In this document: positions 24,401 to 38,500 of the stretch, piece by piece
Position numbering within the stretch: the first letter of the stretch is position 1
How the letters are laid out: each line of letters starts with the position of its first letter
From: Eledone cirrhosa
Lineage: Eukaryota
Direction: 5' to 3'
DNA: 64,000 nucleotides
NCBI GenBank assembly: GCA_964016885.1
Contig: CAXHJY010000871.1
Location: 26,939-90,938 of the forward strand
Program-made: the position numbers and the translations under genes
The notes under the pieces: model-generated
Database searches by the model: none
What the model was told of the DNA's origin: nothing
What the model saw: only the letters and a program-made list of their open reading frames with translations

Positions 24401-27400
24401 GATAATTTGTAAAAAAAATCAAGGGGAGATAATTTCCAGCCGTCCAAGGGGAGGTAATATCTAGCCGTCCAAGGGGAGATAATTTCCAGCCGTCCAAGGG
24501 GAGATAATTTCCAGCCGTCCAAGGGTAGATAATATCCAGCCGTCCAAGGACATATTTTCCAGCCGTCCAAGGAGAGGTAATTTCTAGCCGTCCAAGGGGA
24601 GATAAATTCCAGCCTCCAAGGGGAGATAGTTTCCAGCCAGCCAAGGGGAGATAATTTGTAAAAAAAATCAGGGGGAGATAATTTGTAAAAAAAAATCAGG
24701 GGGAGATAATTTGTAAAAAAAAATCAGGGGGAGATAATTTGTAAAAAAAAATCAGGGGGAGATAATTTGTAAAAAAAATCAAGGGGAGATAATTTCCAGC
24801 CCTCCAAGGGGAGATAATTTTCAGCCGTCCAAGGGGAGATAATTTTTTAAAAAATCAGGTGGAGATAATTTGTAAAAAAAATCAGGGGGAGATAATTTGT
24901 AAAAAAAAAATCAGGGGGAGATAATTTGTAAAAAAAATCAGGGGGAGATAATTTGTAAAAAAATCAAGGGGAGATAATTTCCAGCCGTCCAAGGGGAGAT
25001 AATTTTTTAAAAAATCAGGTGGAGATAATTTGTAAAAAAAATCAGGGGGAGATAATTTGTAAAAACAAAATCAAGGGCAGATAATTTCCAGCTGTCCAAG
25101 GGGAGATAATTTCCAGCCGTCCAAGTGGAGATAATTTCCAGCCGTCCAAGGGGAGATAATTTCCATATTTCCAAGGGGATATAATTTCCAGCCGTCCAAG
25201 GGGAGATAATTTCCCGCCAGCCAAGGGAAGATAATTTTTAAAAAAATCAGGCGGAGATTGTAAAAAAAATCAGGGGGGAGATAATTTGTAAAAAAATCAG
25301 GGGGAGATAATTTGTAAAAAACAATCAGGGGGAGATAATTTGTAAAAAAAATCAGGGGGAGATAATTTGTAAAAAAAAATCAGGGGGAGATAATTTGTAA
25401 AAAAAATTAGGCGTAGATAATTTGTAAAAAAAAATCAGGGGGAGATAATTTGTAAAAAAAATCAGGCGGAGATAATTTGTAAAAAAAATCAAGGGGAGAT
25501 TATTTGCAGCCGTCCAAGGGGAGATAATTTTCAGTTGTCCAAGGAGAGGTAATTTCTAGCCGTCCAAGGGGAGATAATTTCCAGCCGTCCAAGGGGAGAT
25601 AATTTCCAGCCGTCCAAGGGGAGATAATTTGTAAAAAAAATCAGGGAGAGATAATTTGTAAAAAAAATCGGGGGGGATAATTTGTAAAAAAATATCAGGG
25701 GGAGATAATTTGTAAAAAAAATCAAGCAGAGATAATTTCCAGCCGTCCAAGGGAAGATAATTTCCAGCCCTCCAAGGGGCTATAATTTCCAGTGTCCAAG
25801 GGGAGATAATTTCCAGCCAGCGAAGGGGAGATAATTTTTTTTTAAAAATCAGGGGGAGATTTGTAAAAAAAATCAGGGGGAGATAATTTGTAAAAAAAAT
25901 CAAAGGGAGATAATTTCCAGCCGTCCAAAGAGAGATAATTTCTAGCCGTCCAAGGGGAGATAATTTCGAGCCAAGGGGAGATAATTTCCAGCCGTCCAAG
26001 GGGAGATAATTTTTTAAAAAATCAGGTGGAGATAATTTGTAAAAAAAATCAGGGGGAGATAATTTGTAAAAACAAAATCAAGGGCAGATAATTTCCAGCT
26101 GTCCAAGGGGAGATAATTTCCAGCCGTCCAAGGGGAGATAATTTCCAGCCGTCCAAGGGGAGATAATTTCCATCCTTCCAAGAGGATATAATTTCCAGCC
26201 GTCCAAGGGGACATAATTTCCCGCCAGCCAAGGGAAGATAATTTTTTAAAAAATCAGGCGGAGATTGTAATAAAAATCAGGGGGGAGATAATTTGTAAAA
26301 AAATCAGGGGGAGATAATTTGTAAAAAAAAATCAGGGGGAGATAATTTGTAAAAAAAAATCAGGGGGAGATAATTTGTAAAAAAAAATCAGGGGGAGATA
26401 ATTTGTAAAAAAAATTAGGCGTAGATAATTTGTAAAAAAAAATCAGGGGGAGATAATTTGTTAAAAAAATCAAGGGGAGATAATTTGCAGCCGTCCAAGG
26501 GGAGATAATTTTCAGCCGTCCAAGGAGAGGTAATTTCTAGCCGTCCAAGGGGAGATAATTTCCAGCCGTCCAAGGGGAGATAATTTCCAGCCGTCCAAGG
26601 GGAGATAATTTTAAAAAAAAATCAGGCGGAGATAATTTGTAAAAAAAAATCAGGGGGAGATAATTCGTAAAAAAAAATCAGGGGGAGATAATTTGTAAAA
26701 AAAAATCAGGGGGAGATAATTTGTTAAAAAAATAAAGGGGAGATAATTTCCAGCCGTCCAAGGGGAGGTAATATCTAGCCGTCCAAGGGGAGATAATTTC
26801 CAGCCGTCCAAGGGGAGATAATTTCCAGCCGTCCAAGGGGAGATAATTTCCAGCCGTCCAAGGAGACATATTATCCAGCCGTCCAAGGCGAGGTAATTTC
26901 TAGCCGTCCAAGGGGAGATAAATTCCAGCCTCCAAGGGGAGATAATTTCCAGCCAGCCAAGGGGAGATAATTTGTAAAAAAATCAGGGGGAGATAATTTG
27001 TAAAAAAAAATCAGGGGGAGATAATTTGTAAAAAAAATCAAGGGGAGATAATTTCCAGCCGTCCAAGGGGAGATAATTTTCAGCCGTCCAAGGAGAGGTA
27101 ATTTCTAGCCGTCCGAGGAGAGATAATTTCCAGCCGTCCAAGGGGAGATAATTTCCAGCCGTCCAAGGGGAGATAATTTCCAGCCGTCCAAGGAGACATA
27201 TTTTCCAGCCGTCCAAGGAGAGGTAATTTCTAGCCGTACAAGGGGAGATAAATTCCAGCCTCCAAGGGGAGATAATTTCCAGCCAGCCAAGGGGAGATAA
27301 TTTGTAAAAAAATCAGGGGGAGATAATTTGTAAAAAAAATCAGGGGGAGATAATTTGTAAAAAATAATCAGGGGGAGATAATTTTTTAAAAAAATCAAGG

Positions 27401-30400
27401 GGAGATAATTTCCAGCCGTCCAAGGGGAGATAATTTTCAGCCGTCCAAGGGGAGATAATTTCCCGCCAGCCAAGGAAAGATAATATTTAAAAAAATTAGG
27501 CGGAGATAATTTGTAAAAAAAATCAGGGGGAGATAATTTGTAAAAAAAATCAGGGGGAGATAATTTGTAAAAAAAAATCAGGGGGAGATAATTTGTAAAA
27601 AAATCAAGGGGAGAAAATTTCCAGCCGTCCAAGGGGAGATAATTTTCAGCCGTCCAATGAGAGGTAATTTCTAGCCGTCCAAGGGGAGATAATTTCCAGC
27701 CGTCCAAGGGGAGGTAATTTCCAGCCGTCCAAGGGGAGATAATTTTTAAAAAAAAATCAGGCGAAGATAATTTGTAAAAAAAATCAAGGGGAGATAATTT
27801 GCAGCCGTCCAAGGGGAGATAATTTTCAGTTGTCCAAGGAGAGGTAATTTCTAGCCGTCCAAGGGGAGATAATTTCCAGCCGTCCAAGTGGAGATAATTT
27901 CCAGCCGTCCAAGGGGAGATAATTTGTAAAAAAAATCAGGGGGAGATAATTTGTAAAAAAAATCGGGGGGGATAATTTGTAAAAAAAAATCAGGGGGAGA
28001 TAATTTGTAAAAAAAATCAAGCAGAGATAATTTCCAGCCGTCCAAGGGAAGATAATTTCCAGCCCTCCAAGGGGCTATAATTTCCAGTGTCCAAGGGGAG
28101 ATAATTTCCAGCCAGCGAAGGGGAGATAATTTTTTTTAAAAAATCAGGGGGAGATTTGTAAAAAAAATCAGGGGGAGATAATTTGTAAAAAAAATCAAAG
28201 GGAGATAATTTCCAGCCGTCTAAAGAGAGATAATTTCTAGCCGTCCAAGGGGAGATAATTTCGAGCCAAGGGGAGATAATTTCCAGCCGTCCAAGGGGAG
28301 ATAATTTTTTAAAAAATCAGGTGGAGATAATTTGTAAAAAAAATCAGGGGGAGATAATTTGTAAAAACAAAATCAAGGGCAGATAATTTCCAGCTGTCCA
28401 AGGGGAGATAATTTCCAGCCGTCCAAGGGGAGATAATTTCCAGCCGTCCAAGGGGAGATAATTTCCATCCTTCCAAGAGGATATAATTTCCAGCCGTCCA
28501 AGGGGAGATAATTTCCCGCCAGCCAAGGGAAGATAATTTTTAAAAAAATCAGGCGGAGATTTTAATAAAAATCAGGGGGGAGATAATTTGTAAAAAAATC
28601 AGGGGGAGATAATTTGTAAAAAAAAATCAGGGGGAGATAATTTGTAAAAAAAAATCAGGGGGAGATAATTTGTAAAAAAAAATCAGGGGGAGATAATTTG
28701 TAAAAAAAATTAGGCGTAGATAATTTGTAAAAAAAAATCAGGGGGAGATAATTTGTAAGAAAAAATCAGGGGGAGATAATTTGTTAAAAAAATCAAGGGG
28801 AGATAATTTGCAGCCGTCCAAGGGGAGATAATTTTCAGCCGTCCAAGGAGAGGTAATTTCTAGCCGTCCAAGGGGAGATAATTTCCAGCCGTCCAAGGGG
28901 AGATAATTTCCAGCCGTCCAAGGGGAGATAATTTTAAAAAAAAAATCAGGCGGAGATAATTTGTAAAAAAAATCAGGGGGAGATAATTCGTAAAAAAAAA
29001 TCAGGGGGAGATAATTTGTAAAAAAAAATCAGGGGGAGATAATTTGTAAAAAAAAATCAAGGGGAGATAATTTCCAGCCGTCCAAGGGTGGTAATATCTA
29101 GCCGTCCAAGGGGAGATAATTTCCAGCCGTCGAAGGGGAGATAATTTCCAGCCGTCCAAGGGGAGATAATTTCCAGCCGTCCAAGGAGACATATTATCCA
29201 GCAGTCCAAGGCGAGGTAATTTCTAGCCGTCCAAGGGGAGATAAATTCCAGCCTCCAAGGGGAGATAATTTCCAGCCAGCCAAGGGGAGATAATTTGTAA
29301 AAAAATCAGGGGGAGATAGTTTGTAAAAAATATCAGGGGGAGATAATTTGTAAATAAAAATCAGGGGGAGATAATTTGTAAAAAAAAATCAGGGGGAGAT
29401 AATTTGTAAAAAAAATCAAGGGGAGATAATTTCCAGCCGTCCAAGGGGAGATAATTTTCAGCCGTCCAAGGAGAGGTAATTTCTAGCCGTCCAAGGGGAG
29501 ATAAATTCCAGCCTCCAAGGGGAGATAATTTCCAGCCAGCCAAGGGGAGATAATTTGTAAAAAAATCAGGGGGAGATAATTTGTAAAAAATATCAGGGGG
29601 AGATAATTTGTAAATAAAAATCAGGGGGAGATAATTTGTAAAAAAAAATCAGGGGGAGATAATTTGTAAAAAAAAATCAGGGGGAGATAATTTGTACAAA
29701 AAAATCAGGGAGAGATAATTTGTAACAAAAATCAAGGGGAGATAATTTCCAGCCGTCCAAGGAGAGATAATTTTCAGCCGTCCAAGGAGAGGTAATTTCT
29801 AGCCGTCCAAGGAGAGATAATTTCCAGCCGTCCAAGGGGAGATAATTTCCAGCCGTCCAAGGGGAGATAATTTCCAGCCGTCCAACGAGACATATTTTCC
29901 AGCCGTCCAAGGAGAGGTAATTTCTAGCCGTCCAAGGAGAGATAATTTCCAGCCGTCCAAGGGGAGATAAATTCCAGCCTCCAAGGGGAGATAATTTCCA
30001 GCCAGCCAAGGGGAGATAATTTGTAAAAAAATCTGGGGGAGATAATTTTTAAAAAAAATCAGGGGGAGATAATTTGTAAAAAAAAATCAGGGAAAGATAA
30101 TTTGTAAAAAATAATCAGGGGGAGATAATTTGTAAAAAAAATCAAGGGGAGATAATTTGTAAAAAAAAATCAGGGGGAGATAATTTGTAAAAAATAATCA
30201 GGGGGAGATAATTTGTAAAAAAATCAAGGGGAGATAATTTCCAGCCGTCCAAGGGGAGATAATTTTCAGCCGTCCAAGGGGAGATAATTTCCCGCCAGCC
30301 AAGGGAAGATAAGATTTAAAAAAATTAGGCGGAGATAATTTGTAAAAAAAATCAGGGGGAGATAATTTGTAAAAAAATCAGGGGGAGATAATTTGTAAAA

Positions 30401-33400
30401 AAATCAGGGGTAGATAATTTGTAAAAAAAATCAAGGGGAGATAATTTCCAGCCGTCCAAGGGAAGATAATTTCCAGCCTTCCAAGGGGCTATAATTTCCA
30501 GCGTCCAAGGGGAGATAATTTCCAGCCAGCGAAGGGGAGATAATTTTTTTTAAAAAATCATTAGGACATTTGTAAAAAAAATCAGGGGGAGATAATTTCC
30601 AGCCGTCCAAGGGGAGGTAATATCTAGCCGTCCAAGGGGAGATAATTTCCAGCCGTCCAAGGGGAGATAATTTCCAGCCGTCCAAGGGTAGATAATATCC
30701 AGCCGTCCAAGGACATATTTTCCAGCCGTCCAAGGAGAGGTAATTTCTAGCCGTCCAAGGGGAGATAAATTCCAGCCTCCAAGGGGAGATAGTTTCCAGC
30801 CAGCCAAGGGGAGATAATTTGTAAAAAAAATCAGGGGGAGATAATTTGTAAAAAAAAATCAGGGGGAGATAATTTGTAAAAAAAAATCAGGGGGAGATAA
30901 TTTGTAAAAAAAAATCAGGGGGAGATAATTTGTAAAAAAAATCAAGGGGAGATAATTTCCAGCCCTCCAAGGGGAGATAATTTTCAGCCGTCCAAGGGGA
31001 GATAATTTCCCGCCAGCCAAGGGAAGATAATATTTAAAAAAATTAGGCGGAGATAATTTGTAAAAAAAATCAGGGGGAGATAATTTGTAAAAAAATCAGG
31101 TGGAGATAATTTGTAAAAAAAATCAGGGGGAGATAATTTGTAAAAAAAATCAAGGGGAGATAATTTCCAGCCGTCCAAGGAGAGATAATTTTCAGCCGTC
31201 CAAGGAGAGGTAATTTCTAGCCGTCCAAGGGGAGATAATTTCCAGCCGTCCAAGGGGAGATAATTTCCAGCCGTCCAACGAGACATATTTTCCAGCCGTC
31301 CAAGGAGAGGTAATTTCTAGCCGTCCAAGGAGAGATAATTTCCAGCCGTCCAAGGGGAGATAAATTCCAGCCTCCAAGGGGAGATAATTTCCAGCCAGCC
31401 AAGGGGAGATAATTTGTAAAAAAATCAGGGGGAGATAATTTGTAAAAAAAATCAGGGGGAGATAATTTGTAAAAAAAAATCAGGGAAAGATAATTTGTAA
31501 AAAATAATCAGGGGGAGATAATTTGTAAAAAAAATCAAGGGGAGATAATTTCCAGCCGTCCAAGGGGAGATAATTTTCAGCCGTCCAAGGGGAGATAATT
31601 TCCCGCCAGCCAAGGGAAGATAATATTTAAAAAAATTAGGCGGAGATAATTTGTAAAAAAAATCAGGGGGAGATAATTTGTAAAAAAATCAGGTGGAGAT
31701 AATTTGTAAAAAAAATCAGGGGGAGATAATTTGTAAAAAAAATCAAGGGGAGATAATTTCCAGCCGTCCAAGGGGAGGTAATATCTAGCCGTCCAAGGGG
31801 AGATAATTTCCAGCCGTCCAAGGGGAGATAATTTCCACCCGTCCAAGGGTAGATAATATCCAGCCGTCCAAGGAGAAATATTTTCCAGCCGTCCAAGGAG
31901 AGGTAATTTCTAGCCGTCCAAGGGGAGATAATTTTTAAAAAAAAATCAGGCGGAGATAATTTGTAAAAAAAATCAAGGGGAGATAATTTGCAGCCGTCCA
32001 AGGGGAGATAATTTTCAGTTGTCCAAGGAGAGGTAATTTCTAGCCGTCCAAGGGGAGATAATTTCCAGCCGTCCAAGGGGAGATAATTTCCAGCCGTCCA
32101 AGGGGAGATAATTTGTAAAAAAAATCAGGGGGAGATAATTTGTAAAAAAAAATCGGGGGGGATAATTTGTAAAAAAAAATCAGGGGGAGATAATTTGTAA
32201 AAAAAATCAAGCAGAGATAATTTCCAGCCGTCCAAGGGAAGATAATTTCCAGCCCTCCAAAGGGCTATAATTTCCAGTGTCCAAGGGGAGATAATTTCCA
32301 GCCAGCGAAGGGGAGATAATTTTTTTTAAAAAATCAGGGGGAGATTTGTAAAAAAAATCAGGGGGAGATAATTTGTAAAAAAAATCAAAGGGAGATAATT
32401 TCCAGCCGTCCAAAGAGAGATAATTTCTAGCCGTCCAAGGGGAGATAATTTCGAGCCAAGGGGAGATAATTTCCAGCCGTCCAAGGGGAGATAATTTTTT
32501 AAAAAATCAGGTGGAGAAAATTTGTAAAAAAAATCAGGGGGAGATAATTTGTAAAAACAAAATCAAGGGCAGATAATTTCCAGCTGTCCAAGGGGAGATA
32601 ATTTCCAGCCGTCCAAGGGGAGATAATTTCCAGCCGTCCAAGGGGAGATAATTTCCATCCTTCCAAGGGGATATAATTTCCAGCCGTCCAAGGGGAGATA
32701 ATTTCCCGCCAGCCAAGGGAAGATAATTTTTAAAAAAATCAGGCGGAGATTGTAATAAATATCAGGGGGGAGATAATTTGTAAAAAAATCAGGGGGAGAT
32801 AATTTGTAAAAAAAAATCAGGGGGAGATAATTTGTAAAAAAAAATCAGGGGGAGATAATTTGTAAAAAAAAATCAGGAGGAGATAATTTGTAAAAAAAAT
32901 TAGGCGTAGATAATTTGTAAAAAAAAATCAGGGGGAGATAATTTGTAAGAAAAAATCAGGGGGAGATAATTTGTTAAAAAAATCAAGGGGAGATAATTTG
33001 CAGCCGTCCAAGGGGAGATAATTTTCAGCCGTCCAAGGAGAGGTAATTTCTAGCCGTCCAAGGGGAGATAATTTCCAGCCGTCCAAGGGGAGATAATTTC
33101 CAGCCGTCCAAGGGGAGATAATTTTAAAAAAAAAATCAGGCGGAGATAATTTGTAAAAAAAAATCAGGGGGAGATAATTCGTAAAAAAAAATCAGGGGGA
33201 GATAATTTGTAAAAAAAAATCAGGGGGAGATAATTTGTAAAAAAAAATCAAGGGGAGATACTTTCCAGCCGTCCAAGGGGAGGTAATATCTAGCCGTCCA
33301 AGGGGAGATAATTTCCAGCCGTCCAAGGGGAGATAATTTCCAGCCGTCCAAGGGGAGATAATTTCCAGCCGTCCAAGGAGACATATTATCCAGCCGTCCA

Positions 33401-34237
33401 AGGCGAGGTAATTTCTAGCCGTCCAAGGGGAGATAAATTCCAGCCTCCAAGGGGAGATAATTTCCAGCCAGCCAAGGGGAGATAATTTGTAAAAAATATC
33501 AGGGGGAGATAATTTGTAAAAAAAATCAGGGGGAGATAATTTGTAAAAAAAAATCAGGGGGAGATGATTTGTAAAAAAATCAGGGGGAGATAATTTGTAA
33601 AAAAATCAGGGGTAGATAATTTGTAAAAAAAATCAAGGGGAGATAATTTCCAGCCGTCCAAGGGAAGATAATTTCCAGCCCTCCAAGGGGCTATAATTTC
33701 CAGCGTCCAAGGGGAGATAATTTCCAGCCAGCGAAGGGGAGATAATTTTTTTTAAAAAATCATTAGGACATTTGTAAAAAAAATCAGGGGGAGATAATTT
33801 GTAAAAAAAATCAAGGGGAGATAATTTCCAGCCGTCCAAGGGGAGGTAATATCTAGCCGTCCAAGGGGAGATAATTTCCAGCCGTCCAAGGGGAGATAAT
33901 TTCCAGCCGTCCAAGGGTAGATAATATCCAGCCGTCCAAGGACATATTTTCCAGCCGTCCAAGGAGAGGTAATTTCTAGCCGTCCAAGGGGAGATAAATT
34001 CCAGCCTCCAAGGGGAGATAGTTTCCAGCCAGCCAAGGGGAGATAATTTGTAAAAAAAATCAGGGGGAGATAATTTGTAAAAAAAAATCAGGGGGAGATA
34101 ATTTGTAAAAAAAAATCAGGGGGAGATAATTTGTAAAAAAAAATCAGGGGGAGATAATTTGTAAAAAAAATCAAGGGGAGATAATTTCCAGCCCTCCAAG
34201 GGGAGATAATTTTCAGCCGTCCAAGGGGAGATAATTT
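15490..34237 (+). repeat. Higher-order tandem duplication, 9.39-kb unit (about 15490-24845 and 24883-34237), nearly identical copies
   Basis: The offset is a constant 9393 then 9392 bp across dozens of identical translations (15649/25042, 17713/27105, 20285/29677, 24241/33633). Both copies carry the private variants CCATATTTCC (15770/25163) and TGTACA (20301/29693). Confidence 0.95.
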
Positions 34238-35060
34238 CCCGCCAGCCAAGGGAAGATAATATTTAAAAAAATTAGGCGGAGATAATTTGTAAAAAAAATC
34301 AGGGGGAGATAATTTGTAAAAAAATCAGGTGGAGATAATTTGTAAAAAAAATCAGGGGGAGATAATTTGTAAAAAAAATCAAGGGGAGATAATTTCCAGC
34401 CGTCCAAGGAGAGATAATTTTCAGCCGTCCAAGGAGAGGTAATTTCTAGCCGTCCAAGGGGAGATAATTTCCAGCCGTCCAAGGGGAGATAATTTCCAGC
34501 CGTCCAACGAGACATATTTTCCAGCCGTCCAAGGAGAGGTAATTTCTAGCCGTCCAAGGAGAGATAATTTCCAGCCGTCCAAGGGGAGATAAATTCCAGC
34601 CTCCAAGGGGAGATAATTTCCAGCCAGCCAAGGGGAGATAATTTGTAAAAAAATCAGGGGGAGATAATTTGTAAAAAAAATCAGGGGGAGATAATTTGTA
34701 AAAAAAAATCAGGGAAAGATAATTTGTAAAAAATAATCAGGCGGAGATAATTTGTAAAAAAAATCAAGGGGAGATAATTTCCAGCCGTCCAAGGGGAGAT
34801 AATTTTCAGCCGTCCAAGGGGAGATAATTTCCCGCCAGCCAAGGGAAGATAATATTTAAAAAAATTAGGCGGAGATAATTTGTAAAAAAAATCAGGGGGA
34901 GATAATTTGTAAAAAAATCAGGTGGAGATAATTTGTAAAAAAAATCAGGGGGAGATAATTTGTAAAAAAAATCAAGGGGAGATAATTTCCAGCCGTCCAA
35001 GGGGAGGTAATATCTAGCCGTCCAAGGGGAGATAATTTCCAGCCGTCCAAGGGGAGATAA
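30340..35060 (+). repeat. ~3.2-kb higher-order unit repeated in tandem (partial second copy); the same unit occurs at about 1-2270, 20950-24840 and 51180-56640
   Basis: Offsets are 3202 then 3229 bp (30431/33633, 30984/34213, 31577/34806). The block at the window start recurs at +21786, +31178, +51038 and +54242/54269. Confidence 0.8.
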
Positions 35061-35559
35061 TTTCCAACCGTCCAAGGGGAGATAATTTTAAAAAAAAAAT
35101 CAGGCGGAGATAATTTGTAAAAAAAAATCAGGGGGAGATAATTCGTAAAAAAAATCAGGGGGAGATTTGTAAAAAAAAATCAGGGGCAGATAATTTGTAA
35201 AAAAAAATCAAGGGGAGATAATTTCCAGCCGTCCAAGGGGAGGTAATATCTAGCCGTCCAAGGGGAGATAATTTCCAGCCGTCCAAGTGGAGATAATTTC
35301 CAGCCGTCCAAGGGGAGATAATTTCCAGCCGTCCAAGGAGACATATTATCCAGCCGTCCAAGGCGAGGTAATTTCTAGCCGTCCAAGGGGAGATAAATTC
35401 CAGCCTCCAAGGGGAAATAATTTCCAGCCAGCCAAGGGGAGATAATTTGTAAAAAAATCAGGGGGAGATAATTTGTAAAAAATATCAGGGGGAGATAATT
35501 TGTAAATAAAAATCAGGGGGAGATAATTTGTAAAAAAAAATCAGGGGGAGATAATTTGT

Positions 35560-38500
35560 AAAAAAAATCAAGGGGAGATAATTTCCAGCCGTCCAAGGGG
35601 AGATACTTTTCAGCCGTCCAAGGAGAGGTAATTTCTAGCCGTCCGAGGAGAGATAATTTCCAGCCGTCCAAGGGGAGATAATTTCCAGCCGTCCAAGGGG
35701 AGATAATTTCCAGCCGTCCAAGGAGACATATATTCCAGCCGTCCAAGGAGAGGTAATTTCTAGCCGTACAAGGGGAGATAAATTCCAGTCTCCAAGGGGA
35801 GATAATTTCCAGCCAGCCAAGGGGAGATAATTTGTAAAAAAATCAGGGGGAGATAATTTGTAAAAAAAATCAGGGGGAGATAACTTGTAAAAAAAAATCA
35901 GTGGGAGATAATTTGTAAAAAATAATCAGGGGGAGATAATTTTTTAAAAAAATCAAGGGGAGATAATTTCCAGCCGTCCAAGGGGAGATAATTTTCAGCC
36001 GTCCAAGGGGAGATAATTTCCCGCCAGCCAAGGAAAGATAATATTTAAAAAAATTAGGCGGAGATAATTTGTAAAAAAAATCAGGGGGAGATAATTTGTA
36101 AAAAAAAATCAGGGGTAGATAATTTGTAAAAAAAAATCAGGGGGAGATAATTTGTAAAAAAAAATCAGGGGGAGATAATTTGTAAAAAAATCAAGGGGAG
36201 ATAATTTCCAGCCGTCCAATGAGAGATAATTTTAAAAAAAAATCAGCGGCAGATAATTTGTAAAAAAAATCAAAGGGAGATAATTTCCAGCCGTCCAAAT
36301 AGAGATAATTTCTAGCCGTCCAAGGGGAGATAATTTCCAGCCAAGGAGAGATAATTTACTGCCGTCCAAGGGGAGATAATTTTTTAAAAAATCAGGTGGA
36401 GATAATTTGTAAAAAAAATCAGGGGGAGATAATTTGTAAAAACAAAATCAAGGGCAGATAATTTCCAGCTGTCCAAGGGGAGATAATTTCCAGCCGTCCA
36501 AGGGGAGATAATTTCCAGCCGTCCAAGGGGAGATAATTTCCATCCTTCCAAGGGGATAGAATTTCCAGCCGTCCAAGGGGAGATAATTTCCCGCCAGCCA
36601 AGGGAAGATAATTTTTAAAAAAATCAGGCGGAGATTGTAAAAAAAAATCAGGGGGGAGATAATTTGTAAAAAAAAAATCAGGGGGAGATAATTTGTAAAA
36701 AAAAATCAGGGGGAGATAATTTGTAAAAAAAAATCATGGGGAGATAATTTGTAAAAAAAATTAGGCGTAGATAATTTGTAAAAAAAAATCAGGGGGTGAT
36801 AATTTGTAAAAAAAATCAGGGGGAGATAATTTGTTAAAAAAATCAAGGGGAGATAATTTGCAGCCGTCCAAGGGGAGATAATTTTCAGCCGTCCAAGGAG
36901 AGGTAATTTCTAGCCGTCCAAGGGGAGATAATTTCCAGCCGTCCAAGAGGAGATAATTTCCAGCCGTCCAAGGGGAGATCATTTTTTAAAAAAAATCAGG
37001 CGGAGATAGTTTGTAAAAAAAAATCAGGGGAGATAATTCGTAAAAAAAATTCAGGGGGAGATAATTTGTAAAAAAATCAAGGGGAGATAATTTCCAGCCG
37101 TCCAATGAGAGATAATTTTAAAAAAAAATCAGCGGCAGATAATTTGTAAAAAAAATCAAAGGGAGATAATTTCCAGCCGTCCAAATAGAGATAATTTCTA
37201 GCCGTCCAAGGGGAGATAATTTCCAGCCAAGGAGAGATAATTTACTGCCGTCCAAGGGGAGATAATTTTTTAAAAAATCAGGTGGAGATAATTTGTAAAA
37301 AAAATCAGGGGGAGATAATTTGTAAAAACAAAATCAAGGGCAGATAATTTCCAGCTGTCCAAGGGGAGATAATTTCCAGCCGTCCAAGGGGAGATAATTT
37401 CCAGCCGTCCAAGGGGAGATAATTTCCATCCTTCCAAGGGGATAGAATTTCCAGCCGTCCAAGGGGAGATAATTTCCCGCCAGCCAAGGGAAGATAATTT
37501 TTAAAAAAATCAGGCGGAGATTGTAAAAAAAAATCAGGGGGGAGATAATTTGTAAAAAAAAAATCAGGGGGAGATAATTTGTAAAAAAAAATCAGGGGGA
37601 GATAATTTGTAAAAAAAAATCATGGGGAGATAATTTGTAAAAAAAATTAGGCGTAGATAATTTGTAAAAAAAAATCAGGGGGTGATAATTTGTAAAAAAA
37701 ATCAGGGGGAGATAATTTGTTAAAAAAATCAAGGGGAGATAATTTGCAGCCGTCCAAGGGGAGATAATTTTCAGCCGTCCAAGGAGAGGTAATTTCTAGC
37801 CGTCCAAGGGGAGATAATTTCCAGCCGTCCAAGAGGAGATAATTTCCAGCCGTCCAAGGGGAGATCATTTTTTAAAAAAAATCAGGCGGAGATAGTTTGT
37901 AAAAAAAAATCAGGGGGAGATAATTTGTAAAAAAAAATCAGGGGGAGATAATTTGTAAAAAAAATTAGGCGTAGATAATTTATAAAAAAAAATCAGGGGG
38001 AGATAATTTGTAAGAAAAAATCAGGGGGAGATAATTTGTTAAAAAAATCAAGGGGAGATAATTTTCAGCCGTCCAAGGAGAGGTAATTTCTAGCCGTCCA
38101 AGGGGAGATAATTTCCAGCCGTCCAAGGGGAGATAATTTCCAACCGTCCAAGGGGAGATAATTTTAAAAAAAAAATCAGGCGGAGATAATTTGTAAAAAA
38201 AAATCAGGGGGAGATAATTCGTAAAAAAAAATCAGGGGGAGATTTGTAAAAAAAAATCAGGGGGAGATAATTTGTAAAAAAAAATCAAGGGGAGATAATT
38301 TCCAGCCGTCCAAGGGGAGGTAATATCTAGCCGTCCAAGGGGAGATAATTTCCAGCCGTCCAAGGGGAGATAATTTCCAGCCGTCCAAGGGGAGATAATT
38401 TCCAGCCGTCCAAGGAGACATATTATCCAGCCGTCCAAGGCGAGGTAATTTCTAGCCGTCCAAGGGGAGATAAATTCCAGCCTCCAAGGGGAAATAATTT

